Positions 11,949 to 22,647 are shown, counted from the first letter of the stretch. The stretch is 64,000 bases of DNA from Candidatus Tectimicrobiota bacterium (GCA_016192455.1 JACPUC010000018.1:1-64000); one strand, 5' to 3'. Notes: generated by a model from the letters alone, not told the origin. Numbers and translations: made by a program.

Positions 11949-11997
11949 CCCATTGTCGAGTGGGGGAGAAGACCGAGCTTGGAAAGGAGACAGGACC

Positions 11998-12453
11998 ATG
12001 CTTGAGATCCAACGTTTGCTCGTTCCGGTGGATTTCTCCGGCTTCTCCGATGGGACCGTCAAGTTCGCGGCGGCGGTAGCCGCAAACTTCAACGCGGAGA
12101 TGATCATCTTCCATGCCATCTCCGAGGATGAAGTGGAGAAAATTGCGGAGTCGCGCGTGCCCCGCTACCCCATCGACATGATCTATGCCGACATGGAAAC
12201 CGAGCTTGCGACCCATGTGGGCAAGCTCGTCACACCGTCCGAGCTCGAGGGGCTGAGGATACGCTACGCGGTCTCTTCCGGCACCGCGGCGCGCGAGATC
12301 GTCGAGGCGGCCAAGCTCCACAAGGTGGACCTGATCGTCATGGCCACCCATGGGCGCACGGGGCTGAGCCACGTGCTGATGGGGAGCATTGCCGAGCAGG
12401 TGATGCGGCTGGCCGGGTGCCCGGTGCTTACCATAAAGAGCCCGAGAGCGTAG
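11998..12453 (+). CDS. Universal stress protein (USP)
   Basis: LLVPVDFS and DLIVMATHGRTGLSHVLMGSIAEQVMRLAGCPVL; AAGGAG RBS. Confidence 0.95.
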   Translation: MLEIQRLLVPVDFSGFSDGTVKFAAAVAANFNAEMIIFHAISEDEVEKIAESRVPRYPIDMIYADMETELATHVGKLVTPSELEGLRIRYAVSSGTAAREIVEAAKLHKVDLIVMATHGRTGLSHVLMGSIAEQVMRLAGCPVLTIKSPRA

Positions 12454-12622
12454 GCCCGCGCCGGCTCCTGGCGAGGGCGAACCACGGGCGACTCGAAAGG
12501 GTGGGCGGCCAACGGAAGAGCCTGCACGTTCGAGGCGACGAGCGAGCGCGGCGGTGCTCCCGCGGGCCGGCAAGGCAGGGGCGGCAATGGCATGCCGCCG
12601 CGGCGCTCCAGCATGATTCGGC

Positions 12623-13246
12623 GTGGCGAACGACATGAAAGTCCATCCTTCAATGACGCTTCCTGAGTTGGAGGAGAGGCTGCGGTTCCTCCTGCGGGCC
12701 GTCCTGGCGGCGATCGGGGGGGGCGCCGAGGAGGATCCGTTGGGCAAACTCCAGGAACAGGTGAATGCCTTCGGCCATCGCGTCAAGGACGTGGTGATCG
12801 CTTCCAATCCAGCCCAGCAACGGCGCTGGGGAGGGCTCCTCGTGGCTGACTGGATGACGGCGCAGCCCGTCACCGTGGAGCGCGGCGCCTCGTTGCGCCT
12901 GGCGGCGGAGCTGATGGAGCGCGAGGAGGTCCGTCACCTGCCGGTGATGGAGGGGCAACGTCTCGTCGGCATCCTGAGCGATCGGGATGTGCGCTTGGCG
13001 TGGACCTCCAAGGCGACGACCCTGCAGCCGCGCGAACTCTCCGGCGTGCTTGAGCAGATCACCGTTGGTGAGATCATGACGCAGCCGCCGATCTCGGTGA
13101 GCCCGGCGATGCGCATCGAAGCCGCGGCAAACGTCTTGATCCAGGAGCGCATCGGCGCCTTGCCCGTCGTGGAGGAGAACGCGCTCGTCGGCATCCTCTC
13201 CTACCAGGATATCCTGGAGGCGTTCATTGGCGTGCTTCAGGACTGA
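12623..13246 (+). CDS. CBS-pair protein with N-terminal extension
   Basis: VADWMT..PVTV, RHLPVME...LVGILSDRD, IGALPVVE; about 70 extra N-terminal residues; start uncertain. Confidence 0.85.
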   Translation: MANDMKVHPSMTLPELEERLRFLLRAVLAAIGGGAEEDPLGKLQEQVNAFGHRVKDVVIASNPAQQRRWGGLLVADWMTAQPVTVERGASLRLAAELMEREEVRHLPVMEGQRLVGILSDRDVRLAWTSKATTLQPRELSGVLEQITVGEIMTQPPISVSPAMRIEAAANVLIQERIGALPVVEENALVGILSYQDILEAFIGVLQD

Positions 13247-13582
13247 GGACGGCGCGCGCCGCTTGAGAAAGGGAGGAGCGCTCAACCGGGGAAGAGCCAG
13301 GCGCCTGCCCGCATCTTGCTTGAAGCAAGGCGGCAGAGCCCCTGGATACCAAGAGGGGCAGGCTTCCTTCCTGGTGAAGAGAGGGCAGGCTACCGCCGCG
13401 GAGGGAGGGAAGAGGGGTCGCGGTGGCGCTTCCAGTCCAGCGCGGCAAGGGGGCGCCGCGAGCCGGCGCCGCCCGCTGGAGTGGAGGTTTTCGGTAGGAA
13501 CCGTAGCGAGGGCACGCGTGGCTGGGCGGCGCAGTGGTGGAGCGGCGCCGCCGCGCGCGCTACTGTTCCGGGAGGTGCAGTC

Positions 13583-14218
13583 ATGGATGTCGGCAGCCGC
13601 ATGAAGGTTCCAGTCATTACGATCGACGCTGACGAGTCAATGCGCCTTGCGGCGCAACTGCTGGAGCGCCACCATATCCGCCAGCTTCCCGTGGTGAGCA
13701 AGGGACGCCTGGTCGGCATCGTCAGCGATCGTGACATCCGGCGCCACTCCGCCTCGCGGGCCACGTCGCTTGAAGTCCATGAGCTCAACTACCTCCTCGA
13801 GCGCATCAAGGTGCGCGACATCATGACGCCGGAGCCGGTCACCGTCACCCCCACCAGCAGCATCGAGGAGGCCGCCACCCTCCTGCGCGACAGGAAGTTC
13901 GGCGCCCTGCCGGTGGTGGAGGGAGAGCGCGTGGTGGGCATCATCACGGCGACGGACATCCTCGATCTCCTCATCGAGGTGCTCGGCATGCGCCAGCCGG
14001 GCGGCCTCATCGAGCTGGTGGTCGAGGACCGGCCGGGCTCGATCTACGAGGTGGGCCGCGTGGTCCAGGAGCACGGCGCTGATATCGTCAGCATCATGAC
14101 CTCCATGAGCAGGGACGACAAGCGCGTGCTCCTCGTCAAGGTTGATACGATGGAGTTCGAGGAGATTGCCAAGGACCTCGAGGCCGTGGGGATTCACGTG
14201 CTCTCGGCCCTCGTCTAG
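13583..14218 (+). CDS. acuB: AcuB-like CBS-CBS-ACT protein
   Basis: SRATSLEVHELNYLL (typical of AcuB), two CBS domains, ACT domain VEDRPGSI; GGAGG RBS. Confidence 0.85.
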   Translation: MDVGSRMKVPVITIDADESMRLAAQLLERHHIRQLPVVSKGRLVGIVSDRDIRRHSASRATSLEVHELNYLLERIKVRDIMTPEPVTVTPTSSIEEAATLLRDRKFGALPVVEGERVVGIITATDILDLLIEVLGMRQPGGLIELVVEDRPGSIYEVGRVVQEHGADIVSIMTSMSRDDKRVLLVKVDTMEFEEIAKDLEAVGIHVLSALV

Positions 14219-14291
14219 GACCGGTGAAGGAAGGGATGGCAGGGAGGAGGGGCGCGGGGTGCTCCCTGACGGGGCGCGGAAGGGGGAGCAT

Positions 14292-16004
14292 ATGACTTCA
14301 GCAGATGTCGTGCGACGGTTTCTGCTCGACCCCAGGAGCTATCTCAAGCTGCGGGCCGCCGAGGGCCCCGCCGCCGTGATAGCGGAGGTCGAGGGACACG
14401 ACGCCGGCGCCGAGTGCGCAGGGAGCGAGCCTCTTCCACCCCTCGACGCGGTCGATCTCGTGGAGACGCACCTGTCGCTCGTGGCGCTGGTTTCCGACCG
14501 TGTCGTCAAGGTAAAGAAGCCGGTTCACTACGAGTTTGTCGACCTGCGCACCTTGGCGGCCCGCTGGCGGGTCTGCGAGGATGAGGTGCGCCTCAATCGC
14601 CGGCTGGCGCCTGGGGTCTATCTTGGCGTCGTGCCGATCACCGAGGCCCCCGGCGGCCTGGAGTTCAATGGCGCGGGTGCGGTGGCGGAGTACGCGGTGC
14701 TCATGCGCCGCTTACCCTGCGAGCGCACCCTCGAAGCGCTCCTTGGTTCCGGCGAGGTCACGCCGGCCGTCATCGAACGCCTGGGCTGCCTGCTGGCGCA
14801 GTTCCATGCCGAGACCGTCCCCGTTGATCCCGAAGAGGCCGCGGCTTGGCCGCGACGCATGGAGCGCAACTGCGCCGAGAACTTCCACGAGACGCGCCAG
14901 TTCCTGGGCGTTACCCTTGATGGAGATCTCGATGACTTCATCCAGCGGCAGACGCAGCGCTTCCTCGAAGCGGCCGAGCCCCTCTTCCGCCAGCGCATCG
15001 CTGCCCTGCGCATCCGGGAATGCCACGGCGACCTGCGCCTCGAGCACATCTACCTGACCGAGCCCATCGCCATCATCGACTGCGTGGAGTTCAGCGACCG
15101 CTTCCGCAACGTCGATACCGCGGCGGACCTCGCCTTCCTCAGCATGGAACTGGGGCTGCACGGCTACCACGACCTAAACCGACGCCTCCTCGAGTCCTAC
15201 CGCGCCGCCAGCGGCGACAAACACTTGGCGCGTCTCCTCAACTTCTACCGCAGCTACTACGCGTACGTGCGGGGCAAGGTGGTGAGTTTGCGGCTGCAGG
15301 GGAATGGTCCACAGGGAGCGGAGCGCAGCTCCCTCCTGGACCGCGCCCAACGCCTTTTCGTCCTGGCGGGGTCGTACGCCCTTGGCTTGCCGCGACCGCT
15401 CTGCGTGGTGGTCTTCGGGCTCATGGGAAGCGGCAAGAGCACCCTGGCCAGAGCGCTGGCGCAGCGCCTCTGCTGGCCGCTGCTGCAGAGCGACGCGGAG
15501 CGCAAGGCGGCGGAGCCGGGAGCGCCGCCGCCGGCCGCGGAGGCTATTCGCGCCCCCTATGCGCAAGGGGAGTACAGCAGCGCGCGCCGGAACGCGGTCT
15601 ACGATCGGCTGGCTGAACATGCCCGCGCCTACCTGGCCGCCGGGCAGTCCGTGGTGCTCGATGCCACTTACTCGCGGCGCGCCTGGCGTCGGGAGATCAC
15701 GGCGCGGGTCCGGGAAGCGAGCGGCTCCATCTGCTTTGTCGAGCGCCGGGCATCTGAGGCGACGATTCGCCGCCGCCTGCGCAAGCGCGAGCGCGAGGGG
15801 AGAAGCCTCTCCGATGGGCGTCTCGACCTGTTCGACGCGCATCGCGCCGACTACGAGCCCCCTGACGAGATCGATCCGACCATGTTGCTCCGTGTGACGA
15901 CCGAGGAGCGTGAGGAGGCGGTCCGGGAGGCGGAGAGTTTCCTGCGTCGTTCCGCCTCGGCTCGCTGGCGAGGTGACTGGCCCGAGGGGGGGCCTGCCCG
16001 CTGA
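14292..16004 (+). CDS. APH-like phosphotransferase + P-loop kinase fusion (Rv2004c-like)
   Basis: VETHLS, KVKKPV, EVRLNRRLAP, ECHGDLRLEHI, IDCVEF, then GLMGSGKST and SVVLDATY. Confidence 0.92.
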   Translation: MTSADVVRRFLLDPRSYLKLRAAEGPAAVIAEVEGHDAGAECAGSEPLPPLDAVDLVETHLSLVALVSDRVVKVKKPVHYEFVDLRTLAARWRVCEDEVRLNRRLAPGVYLGVVPITEAPGGLEFNGAGAVAEYAVLMRRLPCERTLEALLGSGEVTPAVIERLGCLLAQFHAETVPVDPEEAAAWPRRMERNCAENFHETRQFLGVTLDGDLDDFIQRQTQRFLEAAEPLFRQRIAALRIRECHGDLRLEHIYLTEPIAIIDCVEFSDRFRNVDTAADLAFLSMELGLHGYHDLNRRLLESYRAASGDKHLARLLNFYRSYYAYVRGKVVSLRLQGNGPQGAERSSLLDRAQRLFVLAGSYALGLPRPLCVVVFGLMGSGKSTLARALAQRLCWPLLQSDAERKAAEPGAPPPAAEAIRAPYAQGEYSSARRNAVYDRLAEHARAYLAAGQSVVLDATYSRRAWRREITARVREASGSICFVERRASEATIRRRLRKREREGRSLSDGRLDLFDAHRADYEPPDEIDPTMLLRVTTEEREEAVREAESFLRRSASARWRGDWPEGGPAR

Positions 16005-16016
16005 GGAGGGAGGCTC

Positions 16017-16811
16017 ATGAGGTACGCTGAACGCCGCCGCGTCCGACTCCTCCTGGCAAGTGTCGCCTTCCTTCTCACGTGCGGTTTCCTGGGGGTTGAG
16101 CTGGCCCGCGGCGAGGGGAGCGGCGCGCCTGCCGGCAGTGACCCACCAGGCATCGTCACACTGCGCACCAACGGCTCCGGCATGGTGCAGGCGGACGCCG
16201 CGAATGGTCGCCGACTCTACCTCACGTACTGCGTCGTCTGCCATGGCGCCACCGGCAAGGGGGATGGGCCTGCCGCGGCCATGCTCGACCCCAAGCCGCG
16301 CCCCTTGACGGACGATCGCCTGATGTCCACGCGCAGCGATGCCTGGCTGTTTCGGGCCGTCACCAAGGGAGGGGCAGGCATTCCCGGCGCCTCGGTGCAC
16401 ATGGGGGCATGGGAAGAGGCGCTGAGCGAGAAAGAGCGCTGGGACCTCGTGGCGCACCTGCGCGTCCTGCATCGCCCCACGCAGGACCGCGGCAATGTCG
16501 AGACAGGCCGGGCCCTCTATGGCACGTACTGCTGGAACTGTCACGGACGCGAGGGGAAAGGGAACGGACCATTCGTCCACCTCTTCGTGCCGCCGTCGCG
16601 GGACTTCACGAGCGCGGAGAGGATGGCTCGGTTGAGTGACCAGGACCTCTTCAACGCCATCAGCAGAGGCGGGGTGGCGACCCTTGTCTCGCCGTACATG
16701 CCCGCCTGGGGAGGCGTCTTCAGCGATCAGCAGCTCTGGTCGTTGGTGCGGTTCCTCCGCCTGCTGCAAGGCGGAACAGAGCAACCCACTGCAGGTCAAC
16801 CAGCCAAATGA
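16017..16811 (+). CDS. Diheme c-type cytochrome
   Basis: Signal peptide; CVVCH and CWNCH heme motifs, each followed by GxGxG-P and a MxAW distal Met; GGAGG RBS. Confidence 0.92.
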   Translation: MRYAERRRVRLLLASVAFLLTCGFLGVELARGEGSGAPAGSDPPGIVTLRTNGSGMVQADAANGRRLYLTYCVVCHGATGKGDGPAAAMLDPKPRPLTDDRLMSTRSDAWLFRAVTKGGAGIPGASVHMGAWEEALSEKERWDLVAHLRVLHRPTQDRGNVETGRALYGTYCWNCHGREGKGNGPFVHLFVPPSRDFTSAERMARLSDQDLFNAISRGGVATLVSPYMPAWGGVFSDQQLWSLVRFLRLLQGGTEQPTAGQPAK

Positions 16812-16905
16812 CCTACCCCGGGGCGCAGCCTTGGGTTGCGTTTCAACCGTGCGTCGGTGTGGAAAGGGGGCCGCGCAAGAAGAAGGGAGGTGGAGGGGCG
16901 TCGGG

Positions 16906-18585
16906 TCAGCCGTCGTCCGCGCTTGGCTCGCGCGCCGCGACGGGCAGGTGGACGGTGAAGAGGCTCCCCTTGCCCGCCGCGCTCTCGACGGTGATGCGAC
17001 CCCGGTGGTTGGCGACGATCTGCTGGGAGACCGAGAGGCCGAGGCCGCTCCCCTTGCCGAGCCCTTTCGTGGTGTAGAACGGCTCGAAGATGCGCGGCAG
17101 GTCCTCGGGCTTGATCCCTTCCCCTGAATCTTCGCAGGCCACGGTGACCTCGGCCGAGTTGGGCTGGTCCGTGGTGATCCGAATGCGCCCTCCCCCTGGC
17201 ATCGCTTGCATCGCATTCACGAGGAGGTTGACGAACACCTGCTGCAACTGATTGCCGTCGCCGCGCAGCGGTGGCAGGTCGGGATCGAACTCCGTCTCGA
17301 GGGTGATGTTCGACTTGCGGAACTGGTGCGCCAGGAACTGCAGCGTCTGCTCAACCGTGGCATTGATGGAGATTTGCGAGAAGACCCGTGGCTCTGAACG
17401 GCTGAAGTTCAGCATCCTGGTGATGATCTCGGTGATGCGGTCGATCTGGTCGATGATGATGCGCAGCCCCTTGCGCACCTGATCCTTGTTCTCCAAGTCC
17501 TGGCTGATGTACTCGGCGCGACCGGAGATGATATTGAGCGGCGTGCCGATTTCGTGCGCAAAGCTGGCGGTGAGCTTGCCGATCACGGTCAGCCGCTCCA
17601 GGTGCATGAGCTGCTGGTTCAGGCGGTTGCGCTCGGTGATATCGCGCACGAAGGCGCGCGTCATGAGGAATTCGCCCTGCGCATCGACAAGCGCGGTGGC
17701 GCTCATCTCCACATCGATGATCTCTCCGTCCCGCGTCACGAACCTCGTCTCGCAGCTATGACGGCCCTCCTGGATGACTTTCTCGACGTGCTGCACCATC
17801 AGCTCGGCGTGCTCCGGCGGCACGATGTCCTCGAGGCGCATGCGGCGCATCTCGTCGAGGCTGTATCCCAGTTTGCGCAGCTCCGTGGAGTTCACCCCCA
17901 CGAAGCGCCGCTCGCGATCGACTTGATGGATCATCTCGGGAGAGTTCTCGACCAGGTCGCGGTAGTGAGACTCGGAGGCGCGCAGGGCGCTCGTCTGCTC
18001 CTGCACGCGCTGGTCGAGCTCGCGGTTCAAGCGGCGGAGCTGCGAGTTCGCCCGCATGAGCTGGTAGCTGAAGCTTTCGATGTAGGCTTCGATGGCGTAC
18101 TGCATGTCGAAATGCATCAGCTTGCTGAGCGCCACGAGGGTGGGCACGAGCCGCTCCGGCGCGGCCGCCAGGGCGGTGGCGATGAGGGGAAAGAGAAGGC
18201 CGACGTAGTAGCCGTAGGTGCCGATGTACCAGCGCGGCTCCAGGCCGATGCGCTCATGGGTGCGCCCGATGCGCAGCCGATCCGCCACGTAATCGGCGTC
18301 GATGACGCCATCGGTGAGGCCGAGGAGGTAGTTCGCCTGGGCGCTCTTCAGGCGCTCCACGGTCGCGGGGTCGGCGAGCAGGTTCTTGGTCTCCTCGAAG
18401 TTGGTGGTCTGTTCGTAGAAGGCATCGACGATTTTTTCGGCCTGCGCGGCGACCACCGGCTGGATGGCGTTGAGCAAGCGGAGGTCGTCATCCGTCAAGC
18501 CGAGGAGCCGGCGGCGGAGCTCACGGTCGAGTTCCGAGGTGCTCGGCAGGCGGCCGGAACGCGCTGGGCGGCGGGGAGCGTCCAC
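16906..18585 (-). CDS. Globin-coupled sensor histidine kinase (sensor globin-PAS-HisKA-HATPase)
   Basis: IVDAFYE and RIGRTHERIGLEPRWYIG globin; PAS domain ending RDITE; AHEIGTPL H-box; NLLVNA, DSGEG, FYTTK and GSGLGL boxes. GTG start inferred. Confidence 0.92.
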   Translation of the reverse strand: MDAPRRPARSGRLPSTSELDRELRRRLLGLTDDDLRLLNAIQPVVAAQAEKIVDAFYEQTTNFEETKNLLADPATVERLKSAQANYLLGLTDGVIDADYVADRLRIGRTHERIGLEPRWYIGTYGYYVGLLFPLIATALAAAPERLVPTLVALSKLMHFDMQYAIEAYIESFSYQLMRANSQLRRLNRELDQRVQEQTSALRASESHYRDLVENSPEMIHQVDRERRFVGVNSTELRKLGYSLDEMRRMRLEDIVPPEHAELMVQHVEKVIQEGRHSCETRFVTRDGEIIDVEMSATALVDAQGEFLMTRAFVRDITERNRLNQQLMHLERLTVIGKLTASFAHEIGTPLNIISGRAEYISQDLENKDQVRKGLRIIIDQIDRITEIITRMLNFSRSEPRVFSQISINATVEQTLQFLAHQFRKSNITLETEFDPDLPPLRGDGNQLQQVFVNLLVNAMQAMPGGGRIRITTDQPNSAEVTVACEDSGEGIKPEDLPRIFEPFYTTKGLGKGSGLGLSVSQQIVANHRGRITVESAAGKGSLFTVHLPVAAREPSADDG

Positions 18586-18883
18586 GGTGGTTCCTACAGG
18601 GTGCGGGGGAGATCGGCAGGGGCTCGCGTCGTGAGAGGCCGGTCGGGAGTCACCGTCTGCTGGACCGGAAGCCCCCCCCTCTCGGGGTGGCGCTGGCCAC
18701 CGCAGGGTGGGGAGCGACGGCTTGCGGCGCCGGGCTCGGCTGATCGCGGCAGGCAGCGTTGCTGCCTGAGGAGCGGCAGGTCCACCATCATGCCGCTCCT
18801 CCTGGGGTGCGGCTAGGGCCTCCAGCCCACCACCACGAAGATCTCCGGGCAACCTCGTCGTGCAGGATCGTGCGCCGGATGGT

Positions 18884-21234
18884 TCAGCCGCGCCGCTCGT
18901 CGCGCTTCGTCTCCCCGTCCGGGCCGGCGCCGTCGCGCCCCTGCTGGTCGAAGCTGGCGATGCGGCGGGCCAGCTCGGCGAGGCGGTCATCCACGGCGCG
19001 GTTCACCGTTCCCTCTTCGTACGTGCCGTCCGGCCCTCGTTCCCCAGCCTTCGTCCCGGTCAGAATCTCGATCCCCTCATCGATGGTCCGCACCGGGTAG
19101 AGGTGGAAGTGGCCGGCGCGCACGGCATCCGCGACGTCTTGGCGCAGCATGAGGTCCTTCGTGTTCACGGCGGGGATTATCACCCCCTGTCGACCCGTGA
19201 GCCCTCTTGCCCGGCAGACGTCGAAGAACCCCTCGATCTTCTCGTTGACGCCGCCGATCGGCTGAATCTGCCCCCGCTGGTTGACCGAGCCGGTCACCGC
19301 GATATCCTGTCGCAGGGGTATGCCGGCGAGGGCCGAAAGGAGGGCGTAGACCTCGGCTCGATGTTGATGATGCCGGCGCGCCCCATGCTGACCGTGGCGG
19401 TGATGCGCGAAGGCTTGCCGAAGGCATAGTCCCCCAGGCTCAGCACCGCCAGCCCGTTGACCTGCCCGAGCGCCACGCCCTCCGTGTCGATGAAGAGGGT
19501 CCCCTCCTCGATGAGCTCCTGAATCTTCTCCTCGATCAAGTTGACGCGCAGGATGCGCTCCCTGATCGCCTGCTCGACGTACGGGCGGCTGACCACCGTC
19601 TGCTTCTCGCGCGCGGCCCAATAGCTCGCCTCGCGCACCACGTCGGCGACCTTGGAGAACTGCGTCGAGATCTTGCGCTGCCGCCCGGCATGGCGCACGG
19701 CGGCCTCGACCACGGTGGCGACGCCGCTGCGGTCAAAGGGGAGGAGGTGCTCCTCCTCGCCGATCTTCTTCACGAAGCAGGCATACTTGTGCAGGGTCTC
19801 GTCGTCGCGGTCGGTCACGGAGTCGAAGTCGGCTTTCACCTTGAAGATCTTCGAGAAGTCCTCCTCGAAGTTCGTGAGGAGATGGTAGAGCCGCTCATCG
19901 CCGATCATCACCACCTTGAGGTCAATGGGGATCGGCTCGGGTTTCATGGCCGAGGCTCCCAGGACGCTGAAGCCATCGAGGTTCTGGATTTCCAGGAAGC
20001 GGGTGCGCAGGGTGCGCTTCAGTGCCGGCCACACCCCCAGCTCAAGGAGGGCGTCGAGGGCGTTGATGACCAGGTAGCCGCCGTTGGCGCGCAGCAGCGC
20101 CCCGGCTTTGATATGGGTGAAATCGGTCGCCCAGGCGCCGGCGTGCTCGAAGACGCGCTCGATCGTGCCGAACAGGTTCCGGTACGACGGGTGATTCTCC
20201 ACCACCACGGGGGGACGCCTCGCCTCGGCGTTGTCCACCACCAGGTTGACCTGGAAGTCGATGAAAGGGTCGCGTGGCTGGGGCAGCATCATGCCCTGGA
20301 TCGGCACCATCTGCGGCGCCTGCCCGGCGCTGCTCTCACCGAAGCGATCGAGGCCCTTGACGATGTTCTCCAGCACCTCGTCCAGGTACTCGTGCAGCCG
20401 TTCGTTGCGGAAGGTCTCCTTGATCTCCTGAATCAACCCCGCGGCATAGGGCTTCGCGGTGCGGCTCTCGAGATCCTCGACGGAGCTCTGGAGCTGCTGC
20501 TCGAGGGCGCGCAGCTTCTTGTGGATGTTCTGCAGCTCTTCCGTGAGGGCATCGTGTTCCTTCTGCATCAACTCGAAGCGCTCGCGCGGGAACTCCCCCT
20601 TGTCGACCAGCGCTTCCACCTGGTTGAGCGGCGTGGGGTTCCCCTGCACGATGGGGAAGACGCCGGGTCGCGTCAACGGGCCCATCTGAACTTGAATGAG
20701 GGCGAAATTCTTTTCGTTCACCTTCTGCTCGAACTGCTTGATGAGGTCTTTCTCTTGCTGGCGAATCTCCTCCACGATCTCCTTCTTGCGCTGCTGGTAG
20801 GCGTCGCTCTCAAAGATCTGCGGCAGCCTCTCTTTCAGGGTGGAGATCAGCCCCTCCATTTGCTTCTTCAGACGCCGCCCCTGGCCCGCCGGCAAGCGCA
20901 GGTGGCACGGTTGATCGGGGTCTTTGAAGTTGTAGACGAAGAGGTGGTCGTCGGGAACGCGCTCATCGCCGCGCAGGCTCTCGAGGATCTGCTTGATCGT
21001 GCTCGTGCGCCCCGTGCCGACGAGACCGGTGACGAAGATGTTGTAGCCGCTGCTCTTCACCTCGAGGCCGAGCTGCAAGGCGCGCAGGGCTCGGGCCTGG
21101 CCGATCACCTCGCTGCAGGCCACAATCTCGGCGGTCGTGGTGAACGGGAAGATCTCCGTGGGACACGTCCAGCGCAGTTGATCCGGCGCGAGCTCTTTAG
21201 GTGTTTCCGCTTTGATCGTCGTTTGCTGCTCCAT
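18884..21234 (-). pseudogene. LonC-type (Lon-like) protease disrupted by an out-of-frame deletion near 19357
   Basis: IGQARA, VTGLVGTGRTS, IKAGALLRANGGYL, GQVNGLAV...GIINIE in one frame; AEVYALLSAL...TGSVNQ...IGGVNEKIEGFF in another; the catalytic-Ser segment between them is absent. Confidence 0.85.
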
Positions 21235-21398
21235 GGCCTCACCTAAAGGATAGAGGGAGGGACTGAGCGTCTCACCTCTCCCGACGCTGCGCCCTCGCGT
21301 TCTTGGCAGTGCGCCTGCCGGCGCCCAGACCACTCCGCCGCGCGTCAATTCATCTCGGCATGGCCCAGTTGAGCCGCCTGTACGCCGCACACGCAAAA

Positions 21399-21428
21399 AT
21401 ACTAGAGCATACACAGCAGGAGCGTCAA
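21399..21428 (-). promoter_or_regulatory. sigma70-type promoter for the Lon-like gene
   Basis: Minus strand TTGACG-N18-TAGTAT. Confidence 0.5.
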
Positions 21429-21516
21429 CGACTTCAATGCGGCACCTCGGTTGCGGCACCCTCCGTAGCCTGGCAGAGGAGCGACGTCCCGGCCCGGTCG
21501 CACGCCAGCCCTGCTG

Positions 21517-21546
21517 TTGACATTGTAGCGTCTGCCCCACTAAGAT
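21517..21546 (+). promoter_or_regulatory. sigma70-type promoter
   Basis: TTGACA-N18-TAAGAT upstream of 21658. Confidence 0.6.
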
Positions 21547-21657
21547 GCCCGCCGGATGGGACGCAGCCGCGGCCAGGTTGGTGGGACGCCGCAGGGCGGC
21601 GCCGTCCATGCGGCCGCGGAAGGTGGGTGCACGTCTGCTCAGGATTGGGAGCGCAGC

Positions 21658-22647
21658 ATGAGTCTCCTGCCGTTGACCCTCGCGTGTGGCGACTATGATC
21701 GCATGCGCGCCCTGCGCGATGGCAGCGTGCGCGCCGCGGGGATCGACCTGAACTACCTTGCCCTGCCGGTGGAAGAGATCTTCCTGCGCATGACCAAGTT
21801 CCAGGAGTTCGAGGTCTCGGAGATGTCCCTCTCCTCGTACCTCATCCTGCGCTCGCGCGATGCCCACCCCTTCACGGCGATCCCCGTCTTCCCCTCCCGC
21901 ATGTTCCGGCACTCCTGCATCTTCGCGCGCGCCGACCGCGGCATCAACCGCCCCGAGGACCTGAAGGGGAAGCGCGTCGGGGTGCCGGAGTACCAGATGA
22001 CGGCGGCCCTGTGGATTCGCGGCTTCCTACAGCACGACTACGGCGTGCGGCCGGAAGACCTGCAGTGGTTCCAGGGCGGGCTCATGCAAACCGGACGCGA
22101 GGAGAAGATCGAGCTCCACCTCAAGGGGATAGACCTACGGCACATCTCCGCGGAGACGACCCTGAATGCCATGCTGGAGCGCGGCGACCTCGATGCCCTC
22201 CTCACCGCCCGCATGCCGGCCTGCTTCCTGCAGAGAACGGCGCCGGTGAAGCGGCTCTTCGAGAATTCCAAGGCGGTGGAGCAGGACTACTTCAAGCGCA
22301 CCGGCATCTTCCCGATCATGCACACCCTGGTGATCCGCAACGACATCCTGGAGCGTCACCCCTGGGTGGCGGCGAACCTTTACAAGGCCTTCCAGGAGTC
22401 CAAGGCCCGCTGTCTGGAGGCGATGTACTTCAGCGGTGCCTTGCCCTACACCATCCCCTGGCTGATCCCGGCCATCGAGGAGGGCCGCCAGGTCCTGGGA
22501 GAGGACCCCTGGCCGTATGGGGTGAGGGCCAGCAGGGCGACGCTGGAGGCGCTGGTGCAGTACTCCTGCGAGCAGCAGCTCTCGGCACGCAAGATGGAGG
22601 TGGAGGAGATCTTCGTCCCCTCCACGGTGACGGAGACCACCGTGTAG
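21658..22647 (+). CDS. 4,5-dihydroxyphthalate decarboxylase family / periplasmic-binding-fold protein
   Basis: LTLACGDYDR, EMSLSSY, PVFPSRMFRHS, GVPEYQMTA, TGIFPIMH and DPWPYG motifs; no signal peptide. Confidence 0.88.
   Translation: MSLLPLTLACGDYDRMRALRDGSVRAAGIDLNYLALPVEEIFLRMTKFQEFEVSEMSLSSYLILRSRDAHPFTAIPVFPSRMFRHSCIFARADRGINRPEDLKGKRVGVPEYQMTAALWIRGFLQHDYGVRPEDLQWFQGGLMQTGREEKIELHLKGIDLRHISAETTLNAMLERGDLDALLTARMPACFLQRTAPVKRLFENSKAVEQDYFKRTGIFPIMHTLVIRNDILERHPWVAANLYKAFQESKARCLEAMYFSGALPYTIPWLIPAIEEGRQVLGEDPWPYGVRASRATLEALVQYSCEQQLSARKMEVEEIFVPSTVTETTV

Noticed and set aside
19340-19375. Programmed frameshift in the Lon-like gene
   Set aside because: No slippery heptamer, and shifting frame would not restore the missing catalytic segment.
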